In this document: positions 10,059 through 19,614 of the stretch, one piece after another
How the letters are laid out: each line of letters opens with the position of its first letter
Numbering within the stretch: position 1 is the stretch's first letter
Notes under the pieces: model-generated
Seen by the model: the letters and a program-made list of their open reading frames with translations, nothing else
What the model was told of the DNA's origin: nothing
Database searches by the model: none
Translations under genes and position numbers: made by a program
DNA from: Bacilli bacterium
GTDB taxonomy: Bacteria > Bacillota_I > Bacilli_A > RF39 > UBA660
Assembly (NCBI GenBank): GCA_017934595.1
Contig: JAGBJG010000008.1
Span: forward strand, 65,687 to 129,686
DNA length: 64,000 nt
Direction of reading: 5' to 3'

Positions 10059-11378
10059 ATGAAAAAGAGAAGTAATGGGAATAAAATAGTATTAATAGTA
10101 TTAGTAATACTACTTGTAATAGCTATTTTTACATATTATAAAACTGAATCTATAATAAATCCTAAAGATAATAATGTAGAAGAAAAAACTAAAAAAGAAG
10201 ATAGTAAGGATAATGTTGAAAAAGAAGATAATAAAAAAGACGAATCTGAAGAAAATAAAAATACTACATATACAAGTTCTTATTTAGGTACTGTAACTAA
10301 TAATTCAGGTACTGAAATTAAAGCTGGTTGGCAAGATGTTATTACAAAATATTTAGATTTATATACTGAATCATTGGTAAAGTTAGAAAGTAAAGATGTC
10401 AAAAAATTATTTACGACATCAAACGGTATAGAAGCACATTTAATTAACGCGATTATAGATTTAAAAGTAGAACATCATAAATTACAAAAGAATGATATGT
10501 CATTATCTAGCGCTAAATACGATATAGAATATAAAAATGTATCAATAGATGGTAATAGAGTTAAAATTGAATTTTTAGAAGATGATTATTATCAGTTTAA
10601 ATTTATGAAAAATGAATCTAAAATCTTTGATGTAGAAACTACTATCATGTTAAGAAAAAATAATGATAGCTATACAATTGATTATGTAAGATCTGGTCGT
10701 GATAATTATGTTATGTTTACTGATATAATTGATACAGATAAAGATTCAAAAACTGATATTGATAAATTAAAGTCAAAATATATAACATGGATTAAAGATG
10801 AAGTAGAAGAAAATGAAATATTATTGGAAGAAGCTAATAAAAAGGATTATAAAAGTATTTCATGTGACCATAAATATAATAGGGATGCAGCTACAGATTA
10901 TGCAATGAAGTATGCTGATGATAGAAATAATGAATATCATGATTATTCAAATGATGGTGGTAACTGTGCTAATTATGGATCACAAACTATCTATGCTGGT
11001 GGAATACCTATGGATATAAAAGGCGATTATGAGTGGAAATATTATGGTACTGGTGTTGATGAAAACAATACTAAAAATGGTAGATCTAATTCATGGACAT
11101 CAACAAGTTATTTCTATGATTATGCTAAAAATAATGAAGGCTCTGGAATGTGTGCTTCAACAGATGTAAACTTATTCTATGCAGAAGGTGGAGATATCAT
11201 TCAAGTAGGATATAGTGGATATACACATACAACAGTTGTCATAAATAAAATAATGAAAGATAATAAAATAATAGATATATCAATTAATTCTAATACAGTA
11301 GGATTAGAAAATTATCCATTGCTTGGATATGTATATCAAAACAAAAGACTTATTAAGATATTAGGTTATAATGATTGA
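10059..11378 (+). CDS. membrane-anchored protein with a putative C-terminal amidase domain (Amidase_6-like, GNCANYGSQ Cys motif)
   Basis: N-terminal TM helix, Lys/Glu-rich linker, C-terminal domain with GGNCANYGSQTIYAGG resembling the putative amidase family. Confidence 0.45.
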   Translation: MKKRSNGNKIVLIVLVILLVIAIFTYYKTESIINPKDNNVEEKTKKEDSKDNVEKEDNKKDESEENKNTTYTSSYLGTVTNNSGTEIKAGWQDVITKYLDLYTESLVKLESKDVKKLFTTSNGIEAHLINAIIDLKVEHHKLQKNDMSLSSAKYDIEYKNVSIDGNRVKIEFLEDDYYQFKFMKNESKIFDVETTIMLRKNNDSYTIDYVRSGRDNYVMFTDIIDTDKDSKTDIDKLKSKYITWIKDEVEENEILLEEANKKDYKSISCDHKYNRDAATDYAMKYADDRNNEYHDYSNDGGNCANYGSQTIYAGGIPMDIKGDYEWKYYGTGVDENNTKNGRSNSWTSTSYFYDYAKNNEGSGMCASTDVNLFYAEGGDIIQVGYSGYTHTTVVINKIMKDNKIIDISINSNTVGLENYPLLGYVYQNKRLIKILGYND

Positions 11379-11425
11379 TATAATGTGTATTTTATGATAT
11401 ATTTGTAATAGTAAGAAGGTGCGAC

Positions 11426-12190
11426 ATGGAAAATAGAATAATAAATGGTGTTAGCAATTATGAATATGATGAAAAAAGTGGTAAATTTGCTAATTATTCT
11501 TTAAGAAGATTAAAAACAAGATTAACAGCACTAGGTTTAACGCTTGGATTAGGATTATTTAGTGCAGTTGGTATTGAAACATATAATAATAATCATCCAT
11601 CACATGAATTTACAGTTGATATGTATGATACTGATTTTGTTACACAAGATATGGATACAGGTCTTGCAAGTTATGTTGAGCAACTAGAAAATAACACTAA
11701 TAAAGATATAAACGATTCTGCTATTGAAAATGCTTTAGAAAATTTATCATATTACGCTAATGCGAGAAATACTTATAATGGTGATGGAGTAGGTCGTGTT
11801 GAAATTGTAAAAAGTATTTCTAAAATTGAAGAGGCCTTTAGGGGAGTAATGTATAGGCAACTTACTATATCGTTACATTTGAGTCCTGATGCAGAATTTG
11901 AAATATTATCTTCGCATGGGAATGCTGATGGTGCTGACTATAGAATTATGGTATATGATGGTGATTACACATACGAAGTAACACCTACAGGCGATTATTT
12001 AAAAATAATTAATGGACTAGATGTACTAAATAATAATTGGCATGGTGATGGTTCTAATGAAGTATGGGCATCACAAATAAAAGACTATATTAAAAGATGT
12101 GATTCTATAGTGGAAGAAATTAACAATATAGCATATCTAAATAATTTTAGTTTTAAATATAAATCAGTAGAAAGTTCTAAATCTCTTTAG
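11426..12190 (+). CDS. hypothetical membrane-associated protein
   Basis: RBS AAGAAGGTG; one TM segment; no known domain. Confidence 0.45.
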   Translation: MENRIINGVSNYEYDEKSGKFANYSLRRLKTRLTALGLTLGLGLFSAVGIETYNNNHPSHEFTVDMYDTDFVTQDMDTGLASYVEQLENNTNKDINDSAIENALENLSYYANARNTYNGDGVGRVEIVKSISKIEEAFRGVMYRQLTISLHLSPDAEFEILSSHGNADGADYRIMVYDGDYTYEVTPTGDYLKIINGLDVLNNNWHGDGSNEVWASQIKDYIKRCDSIVEEINNIAYLNNFSFKYKSVESSKSL

Positions 12191-12719
12191 AACTTTTTTT
12201 GTAGTATTCATCATAAGTTAAATTACTTTCATATACTTTAATAGCTAAATCTCCTAAATATCTATAATGCCATGGTTCGTAATCATAACCTGTAATATCT
12301 TTTTTACCTTTAGGGTATCTTAGAATAAAACCATATTCATGAGCATGTTTAGATAACCATATAAATTCGTCTGTATTTTCAAAATCATACATATCATGTG
12401 TATCTGTACATAAATCAAACGCTAATCCAGTTTGATGTTCTGAATGACCGGGTAGGGCTATAGTATCATTTGCTTTATTTCCTTTTTTAGCATATTCAAT
12501 ATCGTATAATTCTTTTTGCCTTTCATATGATCTATAAGCTGATTCATTAATTATATGTAGATTATTTTTTAAAGCATCTTCAGCCATTTTTATAAACGCT
12601 ATAACTGCATCTTTTTTAGCCATTCCTTTAATAGAATATTTTTTATCTATTTCTATTAAATCTTTTGGCTCATAATCATCTGGCAATCCATATTCTTTAT
12701 TAACTAAGATATTATACAT
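12177..12719 (-). CDS. D-alanyl-D-alanine carboxypeptidase, VanY/M15B family
   Basis: LAS metallopeptidase motifs SEHQTGLAFDL and EPWHYRY; RBS AGGTGATTTT directly before the ATG at 12719. Confidence 0.8.
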   Translation of the reverse strand: MYNILVNKEYGLPDDYEPKDLIEIDKKYSIKGMAKKDAVIAFIKMAEDALKNNLHIINESAYRSYERQKELYDIEYAKKGNKANDTIALPGHSEHQTGLAFDLCTDTHDMYDFENTDEFIWLSKHAHEYGFILRYPKGKKDITGYDYEPWHYRYLGDLAIKVYESNLTYDEYYKKSSKEI

Positions 12720-12758
12720 AAAATCACCTAAAACATTATATGAAAAAAACAAGTATAA

Positions 12759-13712
12759 TTACTTGTTTTCTATATAATATGCATAATATTCTTCGTAAGT
12801 TAGGCCACTTTCGTATACTTTAGTAGCTAAGTCACGACCTAAATATCTATAATGCCAAGATTCATAATCATAACCTGTTAAGTATTCTTTATCCTTAGGA
12901 TATCTTAATATAAATCCATATTTGTGTGCATTTTTAGATAGCCATGCAAATTCCTTTGTTTGATCAAAATCATCTCCATCAGCTCCATATGTAACTATAT
13001 CAATGGCTAATCCTGTGTTATGTTCAGAAGCACCAGCTCTTGCGGCTAAAGCATCTCCGTATAATTTATGGGTTTTCTTTTGAGTTTCATAACTTCTATA
13101 TGAATCATTTATTATTAAAGTTAAATCTTCTTCTTTAGCAGCGTCAAACATTAATATAAATTGATCATATACTTCTTCAGTAACTTTTTGTTCTCCATAT
13201 GAATACCAGTTTTTGACATTAACTAATTCTGGCTCGTAATTTTCATCTAAGTTATAGTACTTATTTACTAGCATAGCATTACCTAAGTCAGTATCAGTTT
13301 TTAATTCTAAACTATAGAAATCTTTATCCGCATGTACATTTACTATCGCGATGACATCATCGATGCTTTTATTTTTATTGTTATTATAATAATTTAAATA
13401 ATTTTCTAAATTTTTATCAATGAAATATTTAGATGTTAATATATCTAACATTTTTTCATTGTAATCTAGTTTTTTTACAACTTCACTTTTTTTAATCGCG
13501 ACAATCTTTTTAGCTGTTTCCTTATCATATCCCATTTTATTTAGTTTATGATAATCACTTGTTAAGAATTTAATTATCGTAACCATAAATATTATAAATA
13601 TAATTATACTTACTACTAATATAGCAAATTTAATAACTTTATTTTTACTTATTTTATAAGGCTTATTTTTTTTTACTTCATTTTCTATATTATTTTGGAT
13701 TTCGTTTTCCAT
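12759..13712 (-). CDS. membrane-anchored VanY/M15B family D,D-carboxypeptidase (paralog of 12177-12719)
   Basis: SEHNTGLAIDI and ESWHYRY motifs; N-terminal TM; its own terminator hairpin at ~12736-12756. Confidence 0.75.
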   Translation of the reverse strand: MENEIQNNIENEVKKNKPYKISKNKVIKFAILVVSIIIFIIFMVTIIKFLTSDYHKLNKMGYDKETAKKIVAIKKSEVVKKLDYNEKMLDILTSKYFIDKNLENYLNYYNNNKNKSIDDVIAIVNVHADKDFYSLELKTDTDLGNAMLVNKYYNLDENYEPELVNVKNWYSYGEQKVTEEVYDQFILMFDAAKEEDLTLIINDSYRSYETQKKTHKLYGDALAARAGASEHNTGLAIDIVTYGADGDDFDQTKEFAWLSKNAHKYGFILRYPKDKEYLTGYDYESWHYRYLGRDLATKVYESGLTYEEYYAYYIENK

Positions 13713-13800
13713 ATCATCACCATAACCATTATACCATGAAAATAGTTTTTATAAAATCATAAATAATACTTTTTAGCATATTTATTACTAGAGGTGAATT

Positions 13801-14931
13801 ATGAAGAAAATAATTTTTATATTGATAATAAGTATATTATTTATATCCCCTATAAAAGCACTTGATTTAGGTAGTAATGCCAAAAGTGTTATATTAATAG
13901 AAACTTCTACAGGAGATATTTTATATGAAAAAAATAGTCATGAAAAACTGCCTCCTGCTTCTATGACTAAAATGATGAGTATGTTACTTATATTAGAAAA
14001 TATTGATAAAGGTATAATTAAGTGGGATGACGTTGTAACTGTATCTGCTAATGCATCTGGTATGGGTGGTAGCCAAATTCTTCTTGAAACAGGTGAAGAA
14101 ATGACGGTTGAAGATTTGTTTAAGGGAATAGCTATTGCTTCTGGTAATGATGCTGTAGTTGCTTTAGCAGAATATATAGCTGGTACAGTTGATGAATTTG
14201 TTAATATGATGAATGAGAAAGCTAAAGAATTAAATTTAGCTGATACATATTTTAAAAATCCACATGGTCTAAATGATACGAATCATTATTCAAGTGCTTA
14301 TGATATGGCTATGATAGCTAAAGAATTATCTAAACATGAAAAAGTATTTGAATATACTTCTATATATGAAGATTATTTAAGAGAGGGAACATCAAAAAAA
14401 TTATGGTTAGTTAATACTAATAAATTAGTTAGATTTTATAAAGGGGTAGATGGGTTAAAAACGGGATATACTGAAGAAGCAGGTTATTGTCTTACTGCAT
14501 CAGCTAATAAAGGTTTTAGAGTAATCGCGGTAGTAATGGGTGAACCTTCATCTGAACTTAGAAATAAAGAAGTTAGTGAAATCTTGGATTATGCATATGC
14601 AACATATAAATTAAATACTATTTTGAAAAAAGATGATACTTTAGGTAAAGAAGAAGTAGCTTTATCTAAAAAGAAATATGCCACACTAGTACCGATAGAA
14701 GATATTACTGTTTTAAATAAAAAAATAGATGATGATAAAAATTATTCATATAGTATTACTGTGGATAAATTAAAAGCTCCAATTAAAAAAGGTGATAAAG
14801 TAGGGTATATAGATGTTTTGGAAAACGGTAATATAATTAAAACTTTTGATATAACTGTAAAAGAAGACATAAAAAAAGCTAATATTATAGAATTATATAT
14901 TAGATATTTAAAAGAATTAATTACAATATAA
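13801..14931 (+). CDS. serine-type D-Ala-D-Ala carboxypeptidase (PBP5/DacF-like, S11)
   Basis: Signal peptide; SxxK (ASMTK), SGN (ASGNDA) and KTG (LKTGYT) motifs. Confidence 0.85.
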   Translation: MKKIIFILIISILFISPIKALDLGSNAKSVILIETSTGDILYEKNSHEKLPPASMTKMMSMLLILENIDKGIIKWDDVVTVSANASGMGGSQILLETGEEMTVEDLFKGIAIASGNDAVVALAEYIAGTVDEFVNMMNEKAKELNLADTYFKNPHGLNDTNHYSSAYDMAMIAKELSKHEKVFEYTSIYEDYLREGTSKKLWLVNTNKLVRFYKGVDGLKTGYTEEAGYCLTASANKGFRVIAVVMGEPSSELRNKEVSEILDYAYATYKLNTILKKDDTLGKEEVALSKKKYATLVPIEDITVLNKKIDDDKNYSYSITVDKLKAPIKKGDKVGYIDVLENGNIIKTFDITVKEDIKKANIIELYIRYLKELITI

Positions 14932-14951
14932 AAAGGAACTTAATGTTCCTT

Positions 14952-15908
14952 TTATTTTTCATTTATATGATTCCAACATTCAACCCATGAATTACTATTT
15001 GTAACACCGGCTCTTTCTAATACATTAGTAGTTAATTGGAATATTGATAATATTAAGAAGATTATAACAGCTAAGAATAATCTATTCATAAATTTCTTTC
15101 TGTTTTTTTCTATTTCATCATCCTTACCAGCAATAGTAGCTTTTAGGAAATCGATACTTCCCATTATTATTAAAATAACAGGTGTAACATATCTTAATAA
15201 ATTATATATAGTTTTAACAGTTTTAATTATTGAGGCAACACTTGCATCATTACAATCAAATCCAACTACAATAGTTTCAGAACCAGTAGAACCTGATGAA
15301 GCAGAAGTTGAACCATTACCAGCACTATTACCATCTTGGTCTTCTGCTAAATTGCCGTTATCAGTTATAATTTGTGCATTACCATTTCCTGAATTAACAC
15401 TTTCAGCATTACATTCTGCTTTTGTTTTGTAACCCATATTATAACCGTATCCTTGATTAGCTAAATCATTACATGAACTTTCACTGTTTCTTTGATAGAA
15501 AGTATAAGTGTTATTTTGTTTCATGCAGCATCCTTTAGCATTAGCATTATTTGCCGCGTTATCTGAACTTGTATCAACAACTGTACTAGAAGCATATGTA
15601 CAACATCCGTTACTGTAAGTCCCATTTAATTTCTTTCTACATTCGCTTTCTGTAACATCGCATGCAGTAAGTGTTTCGTTGATATTTACATTTGTATTTT
15701 TCTTATTACATTCATCTTGTGTTAAATTAGTTGAATGATCTGTATAAGTATTACACACGCTATCTGGAAGTGATGCATACACATATTTATTGTCAGCCGT
15801 CTTGTAACAACAATTAACATTTACCGCTTTAACTCCATTAGTAAATCCTAAAAATACTAATGAAAATATAATTAAATATATAAATTTATTTCGTTTCATA
15901 TTTACCAT
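14952..15908 (-). CDS. secreted cysteine-rich protein with a Gly/Ser/Asn-rich linker and two C-terminal TM helices
   Basis: Signal peptide, ~20 Cys in the N-terminal 150 aa including CC pairs, low-complexity middle, C-terminal hydrophobic pair; the start could be ATG 15908 or 15899. Confidence 0.5.
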   Translation of the reverse strand: MVNMKRNKFIYLIIFSLVFLGFTNGVKAVNVNCCYKTADNKYVYASLPDSVCNTYTDHSTNLTQDECNKKNTNVNINETLTACDVTESECRKKLNGTYSNGCCTYASSTVVDTSSDNAANNANAKGCCMKQNNTYTFYQRNSESSCNDLANQGYGYNMGYKTKAECNAESVNSGNGNAQIITDNGNLAEDQDGNSAGNGSTSASSGSTGSETIVVGFDCNDASVASIIKTVKTIYNLLRYVTPVILIIMGSIDFLKATIAGKDDEIEKNRKKFMNRLFLAVIIFLILSIFQLTTNVLERAGVTNSNSWVECWNHINEK

Positions 15909-15993
15909 CCTTACTAATACGATTATATCATAGAATATTATTGTAAATCAATATTAAATATGATAAAATGAATATAGTATTGGAGATGGATTT

Positions 15994-16509
15994 ATGGATA
16001 AGTTTGTGCCTGATATATATCAAAAAAGCATTAACACAATTGACTACAAGAAATTATATAATAGAGGTATCAGATGTATCTTATTTGATATCAATAATAC
16101 ATTAGTTTCTAAAGATAGTAAAATAATAGATAATAAGTTAAAAGAATTATTTGAAAGTATAAAAAAAATTGGTATTAAGCCAGTTATATATGCGAATACT
16201 TTTAAGAAACGTGTAAATTACTTTATGAATGAATTAGGATGTGATGGATATTCACATGTACATTCTATTTTTAATAATAGTATGGATCATATATTAGAGG
16301 ATTACAAAGAATCTGAAATAGCTTTAGTAGGGGATGAAATGATTAATGATATTTCCTATGGTAATAAATATGGTATTACAACTATATTAGTTAATCCTAT
16401 AAGTACTTATGATGGATTTTTATCATGTTCAAGACGTGGTAAAGAAAAAAGAGTTATGACTAAATTAAGAAATAATAATTTATTTGTTAAGGGTAGATAT
16501 TATGAATAA
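15994..16509 (+). CDS. yqeG: YqeG-family HAD phosphatase
   Basis: HAD motif ILFDINNTL; immediately precedes and overlaps yqeH as in Bacillus. Confidence 0.7.
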   Translation: MDKFVPDIYQKSINTIDYKKLYNRGIRCILFDINNTLVSKDSKIIDNKLKELFESIKKIGIKPVIYANTFKKRVNYFMNELGCDGYSHVHSIFNNSMDHILEDYKESEIALVGDEMINDISYGNKYGITTILVNPISTYDGFLSCSRRGKEKRVMTKLRNNNLFVKGRYYE

Positions 16510-17479
16510 GTGTATAGGTTGTGGAGCTGTACTTCAAAATACTGATAGTAATTCAGTTGGATATGTTAAAAACTTAGATTCTAGATTATGTGAAAGATGT
16601 TTTAAAATCAGAAATTACGGCGAATATATAAGTGCTATTAAAGATGAAAATGATTTTATAGTAATGCTAGAAAGTATAAATAAGACTAATGATTTAGTTA
16701 TATTAGTTTGTGATTTATTTAATTTTAATCCAAATATGGAATTAATATCTAAATATATTAAAAATGATGTTTTATTAGTTTTAACTAAAAGAGATTTACT
16801 TCCTAAATCATTATATGAAGAAAAATTATTAAATTATATTGAGACTGATTTAAATATTGTGGATAAAATAATAATTAGTAGTGAAAATAATTACCATTTT
16901 GATGAATTGATGGAATTAATTAGGAAGTATAAAAAAAGTAATGATGTTTATGTTATAGGTTATACTAATGCAGGTAAATCTACAATGATAAATAAAATAC
17001 TTTATAATTATGTAGATAGCAATGATAATATAACTACATCAATATTACCTAATACAACAATCGATAATGTATTAATTAAAATAGATGATGAACTAAATCT
17101 AATTGATACACCAGGTGTATTAGATGATGGAAGTATTTATTATTATAAAGATATCAAAGAATTAAAACGAATTACACCTAAGAAAGCTATAAAACCAATT
17201 AGTTATCAAATAAAGAAAAAACAAAGTATTGTAGTAGAAGATTTATTTAGAATAGATTTAGAAAATAATGATATAGTTATGTATATATCTAATAAATTAA
17301 AAGTAGATAGAACGTATAAAAATATTAAATCTGATATGGATAAATATGATATACATATTAAAGGTGGACAAGATATAGTTGTATCTGGATTAGGATTTAT
17401 TAAATTTATGAAAGATGAAGATATAACATTCTATGTATTAAAAGGCGTAAAAATATATACAAGAAAGAGTTTAATATAG
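16502..17479 (+). CDS. yqeH: ribosome biogenesis GTPase YqeH (circularly permuted GTPase)
   Basis: N-terminal zinc ribbon CIGCGAVLQ...CERC; G motifs TKRDL then GYTNAGKST then DTPG (permuted order). Confidence 0.8.
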   Translation: MNKCIGCGAVLQNTDSNSVGYVKNLDSRLCERCFKIRNYGEYISAIKDENDFIVMLESINKTNDLVILVCDLFNFNPNMELISKYIKNDVLLVLTKRDLLPKSLYEEKLLNYIETDLNIVDKIIISSENNYHFDELMELIRKYKKSNDVYVIGYTNAGKSTMINKILYNYVDSNDNITTSILPNTTIDNVLIKIDDELNLIDTPGVLDDGSIYYYKDIKELKRITPKKAIKPISYQIKKKQSIVVEDLFRIDLENNDIVMYISNKLKVDRTYKNIKSDMDKYDIHIKGGQDIVVSGLGFIKFMKDEDITFYVLKGVKIYTRKSLI

Positions 17480-17489
17480 GAGGCATTTT

Positions 17490-19259
17490 ATGTTAGGGAA
17501 TATAATAGGGATTGAAGAGAACTTAGTATTATTAAAACTTACAGATACTAATAGTGATAATTTATCTAATATGTATGTAACACTAGAAAATAGTGAAAAT
17601 ATATGTGTAGGTGAAATAGGTAATATAAAAGATGGTATTGCTTATATCAATTTATTAGGTGAAATTATTGATAGTAAATTTGTATTTGGTGTCATTAGAA
17701 AGCCATTAATGAATTCAAATGTTAGATTGATACCAACTGAAAAGGTACCTGCTATTATTTCATGCGATAATTCTGATGAATCTAAATATTTATATTTAGG
17801 TAAAAGTCCAATATATAAAGATGTAGATATTAATATACCAATTAACAAATTCTTTAGTAATCACTTTGCTATATTTGGATCAACTGGATCTGGTAAATCA
17901 TGTTCAGTATCAAGAATATTTCAAAATTTATATAGCAAGAGAAATGCGATTCCATATAAATCAACTATATTAATATTTGATGCATATGGTGAGTATCATC
18001 AAGCATTTTCTAAATTAAGTGAAGTTGCTCCAGAAATATCTTTTAAATCTTATACCACTAATACTAAATTTAGTGATACAGATATTATTAAAATACCTTT
18101 ATGGTTACTTGGAGTAGATGATTTAGCTTTATTATTAGGAGTTGAATCACATAACCAAATTCCAATTGTAGAAAAAGCTTTAAAGATAGTATCTATCTTT
18201 GGTAGAGAAGAATCTGAAGTTATTAAAAGTAAAAATGATATCATTGCCAGAGCTATTTTAGATATCTTAACTAGTGGTAGATCTGCATCTCAAATAAGAG
18301 ATCAAGTTGTATCAGTTTTATCTTACTATAACACAAAAGAATTAAATCTTGAAACACAAATATTCCAACCAGGTTATACAAGAACATTAAAACAATGTTT
18401 ACTTATTGATGCTAATGGCAAGATAAGAGAAATGGAATTATTAATGAATTTCATGAACTCTTTCTTAGATGATTCATTAGAATTAAATTTACCTGATGGA
18501 ACATTTGCTTATACATTAAAAGATTTATGTGATGCGATGGATTTTGCATTAATATCTGAAGGTGTATTAAAGAGTGATAAAATATTTGATGAATCTAATA
18601 TTTTAAAAGTAAGATTACATTCACTACTTAATAGTAATGAAGCAAGATATTTTGACGTTCCTGATTATATAACAAGAGATCAATATATCAGAAATTTACT
18701 TACAGCTACTAATGGTAGAAAAGCTCAAATAATTAACTTTAATATTAACTATGTTGATGATAGATTAGCTAAGACTATAACAAAGATATATTCAAAAATG
18801 TTCTTTGATTATGCTAAACAAATGGATGATAGAGGTTCCTTACCTTTCCATATTGTCTTAGAAGAAGCACATAGATATGTTCAAAATGATAATGATAATT
18901 TCTTATTAGGTTACAATATCTTTGAACGTATTACAAAAGAGGGTAGAAAGTATGGAGTTTTATTAGGATTAATATCTCAAAGACCTTCTGAACTTTCTGA
19001 AACTGCTTTATCTCAATGTAATAACTTCTTAATATTTAAGATGATTCATCCAAATGATATTGGATATATTAGAGAAATGGTTCCAAATATTACTGATGAA
19101 ATAGTTAAGAAAATTAAAATCTTACAACCAGGTACATGTATGGCATTTGGTCTTGCATTTAAAGTTCCGACAATTATTAAATTTGAAATGCCAAATCCAT
19201 CACCTGCGTCTAACTCAGCTAATATAGAAGAAAAATGGTTTATTAAAAAGAATGCGTGA
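17490..19259 (+). CDS. HerA-like P-loop ATPase, second paralog
   Basis: GSTGSGKS, LEEAHRYVQNDND, ISQRPSELSE motifs. The C-terminal ~150 aa are highly similar to 5426-7183. Confidence 0.65.
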   Translation: MLGNIIGIEENLVLLKLTDTNSDNLSNMYVTLENSENICVGEIGNIKDGIAYINLLGEIIDSKFVFGVIRKPLMNSNVRLIPTEKVPAIISCDNSDESKYLYLGKSPIYKDVDINIPINKFFSNHFAIFGSTGSGKSCSVSRIFQNLYSKRNAIPYKSTILIFDAYGEYHQAFSKLSEVAPEISFKSYTTNTKFSDTDIIKIPLWLLGVDDLALLLGVESHNQIPIVEKALKIVSIFGREESEVIKSKNDIIARAILDILTSGRSASQIRDQVVSVLSYYNTKELNLETQIFQPGYTRTLKQCLLIDANGKIREMELLMNFMNSFLDDSLELNLPDGTFAYTLKDLCDAMDFALISEGVLKSDKIFDESNILKVRLHSLLNSNEARYFDVPDYITRDQYIRNLLTATNGRKAQIINFNINYVDDRLAKTITKIYSKMFFDYAKQMDDRGSLPFHIVLEEAHRYVQNDNDNFLLGYNIFERITKEGRKYGVLLGLISQRPSELSETALSQCNNFLIFKMIHPNDIGYIREMVPNITDEIVKKIKILQPGTCMAFGLAFKVPTIIKFEMPNPSPASNSANIEEKWFIKKNA

Positions 19260-19273
19260 GTAGCATTCTTTCT

Positions 19274-19301
19274 TGCATTAATATAAATTTTAATATATAA
19301 T
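19274..19301 (+). promoter_or_regulatory. promoter TTGCAT, 16-nt spacer, TATAAT driving the antitoxin-like sRNA
   Basis: -35 at 19274-19279; -10 at 19296-19301. Confidence 0.45.
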
Positions 19302-19307
19302 GTATAT

Positions 19308-19422
19308 AGATGAGGGAAACTTCATAAAATAAAAAAGGAGTTACTTAACTTCGCGTGTTAGGTTACTACCTTAGTTAGGTTTTGCCTAGCCGTTTATGTT
19401 AAATGGTTAGGCGCTTTTTATT
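19308..19422 (+). ncRNA. candidate ~115-nt sRNA (type I antitoxin-like), copy 1
   Basis: Own promoter; 5' hairpin GAGG-GAAA-CUUC; AAAAAGGAG with no start codon after it; terminator GCCUAGCC...GGUUAGGC plus U-tract at 19384-19422. 5' motif shared with 43928-44034. Confidence 0.45.
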
Positions 19423-19490
19423 ATTGTTAATAAATATATTATTAATAATAATATGATAACTAATTTTAGAAATTTATTATCTTTCTTCAT
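19407..19490 (-). CDS. 27-aa hydrophobic peptide MKKDNKFLKLVIILLLIIYLLTIIKSA (type I toxin-like)
   Basis: Strong RBS AAGGAGG 8 nt before the ATG. Single TM helix with charged ends. Its 3' end overlaps the sRNA terminator. Not in the ORF track (too short). Confidence 0.5.
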   Translation of the reverse strand: MKKDNKFLKLVIILLLIIYLLTIIKSA

Positions 19491-19570
19491 AGTATCAACC
19501 TCCTTTTATATATCATTGGTGATGATAAGAAAAAGAGGTAGCAACCTAACAGTCTTTCACTCCTATAGCA

Positions 19571-19599
19571 ATTGTAACACGAAACATTGTTTGTGTAAA
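19571..19599 (-). promoter_or_regulatory. promoter TTTACA, 17-nt spacer, TACAAT for the small toxin-like peptide mRNA
   Basis: Read on the minus strand. It gives a ~75-nt 5'UTR containing ACCUCUUUUU, which is complementary to the SD AAAAGGAGGU. Confidence 0.4.
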
Positions 19600-19614
19600 T
19601 GTAAAAAAGAAATG

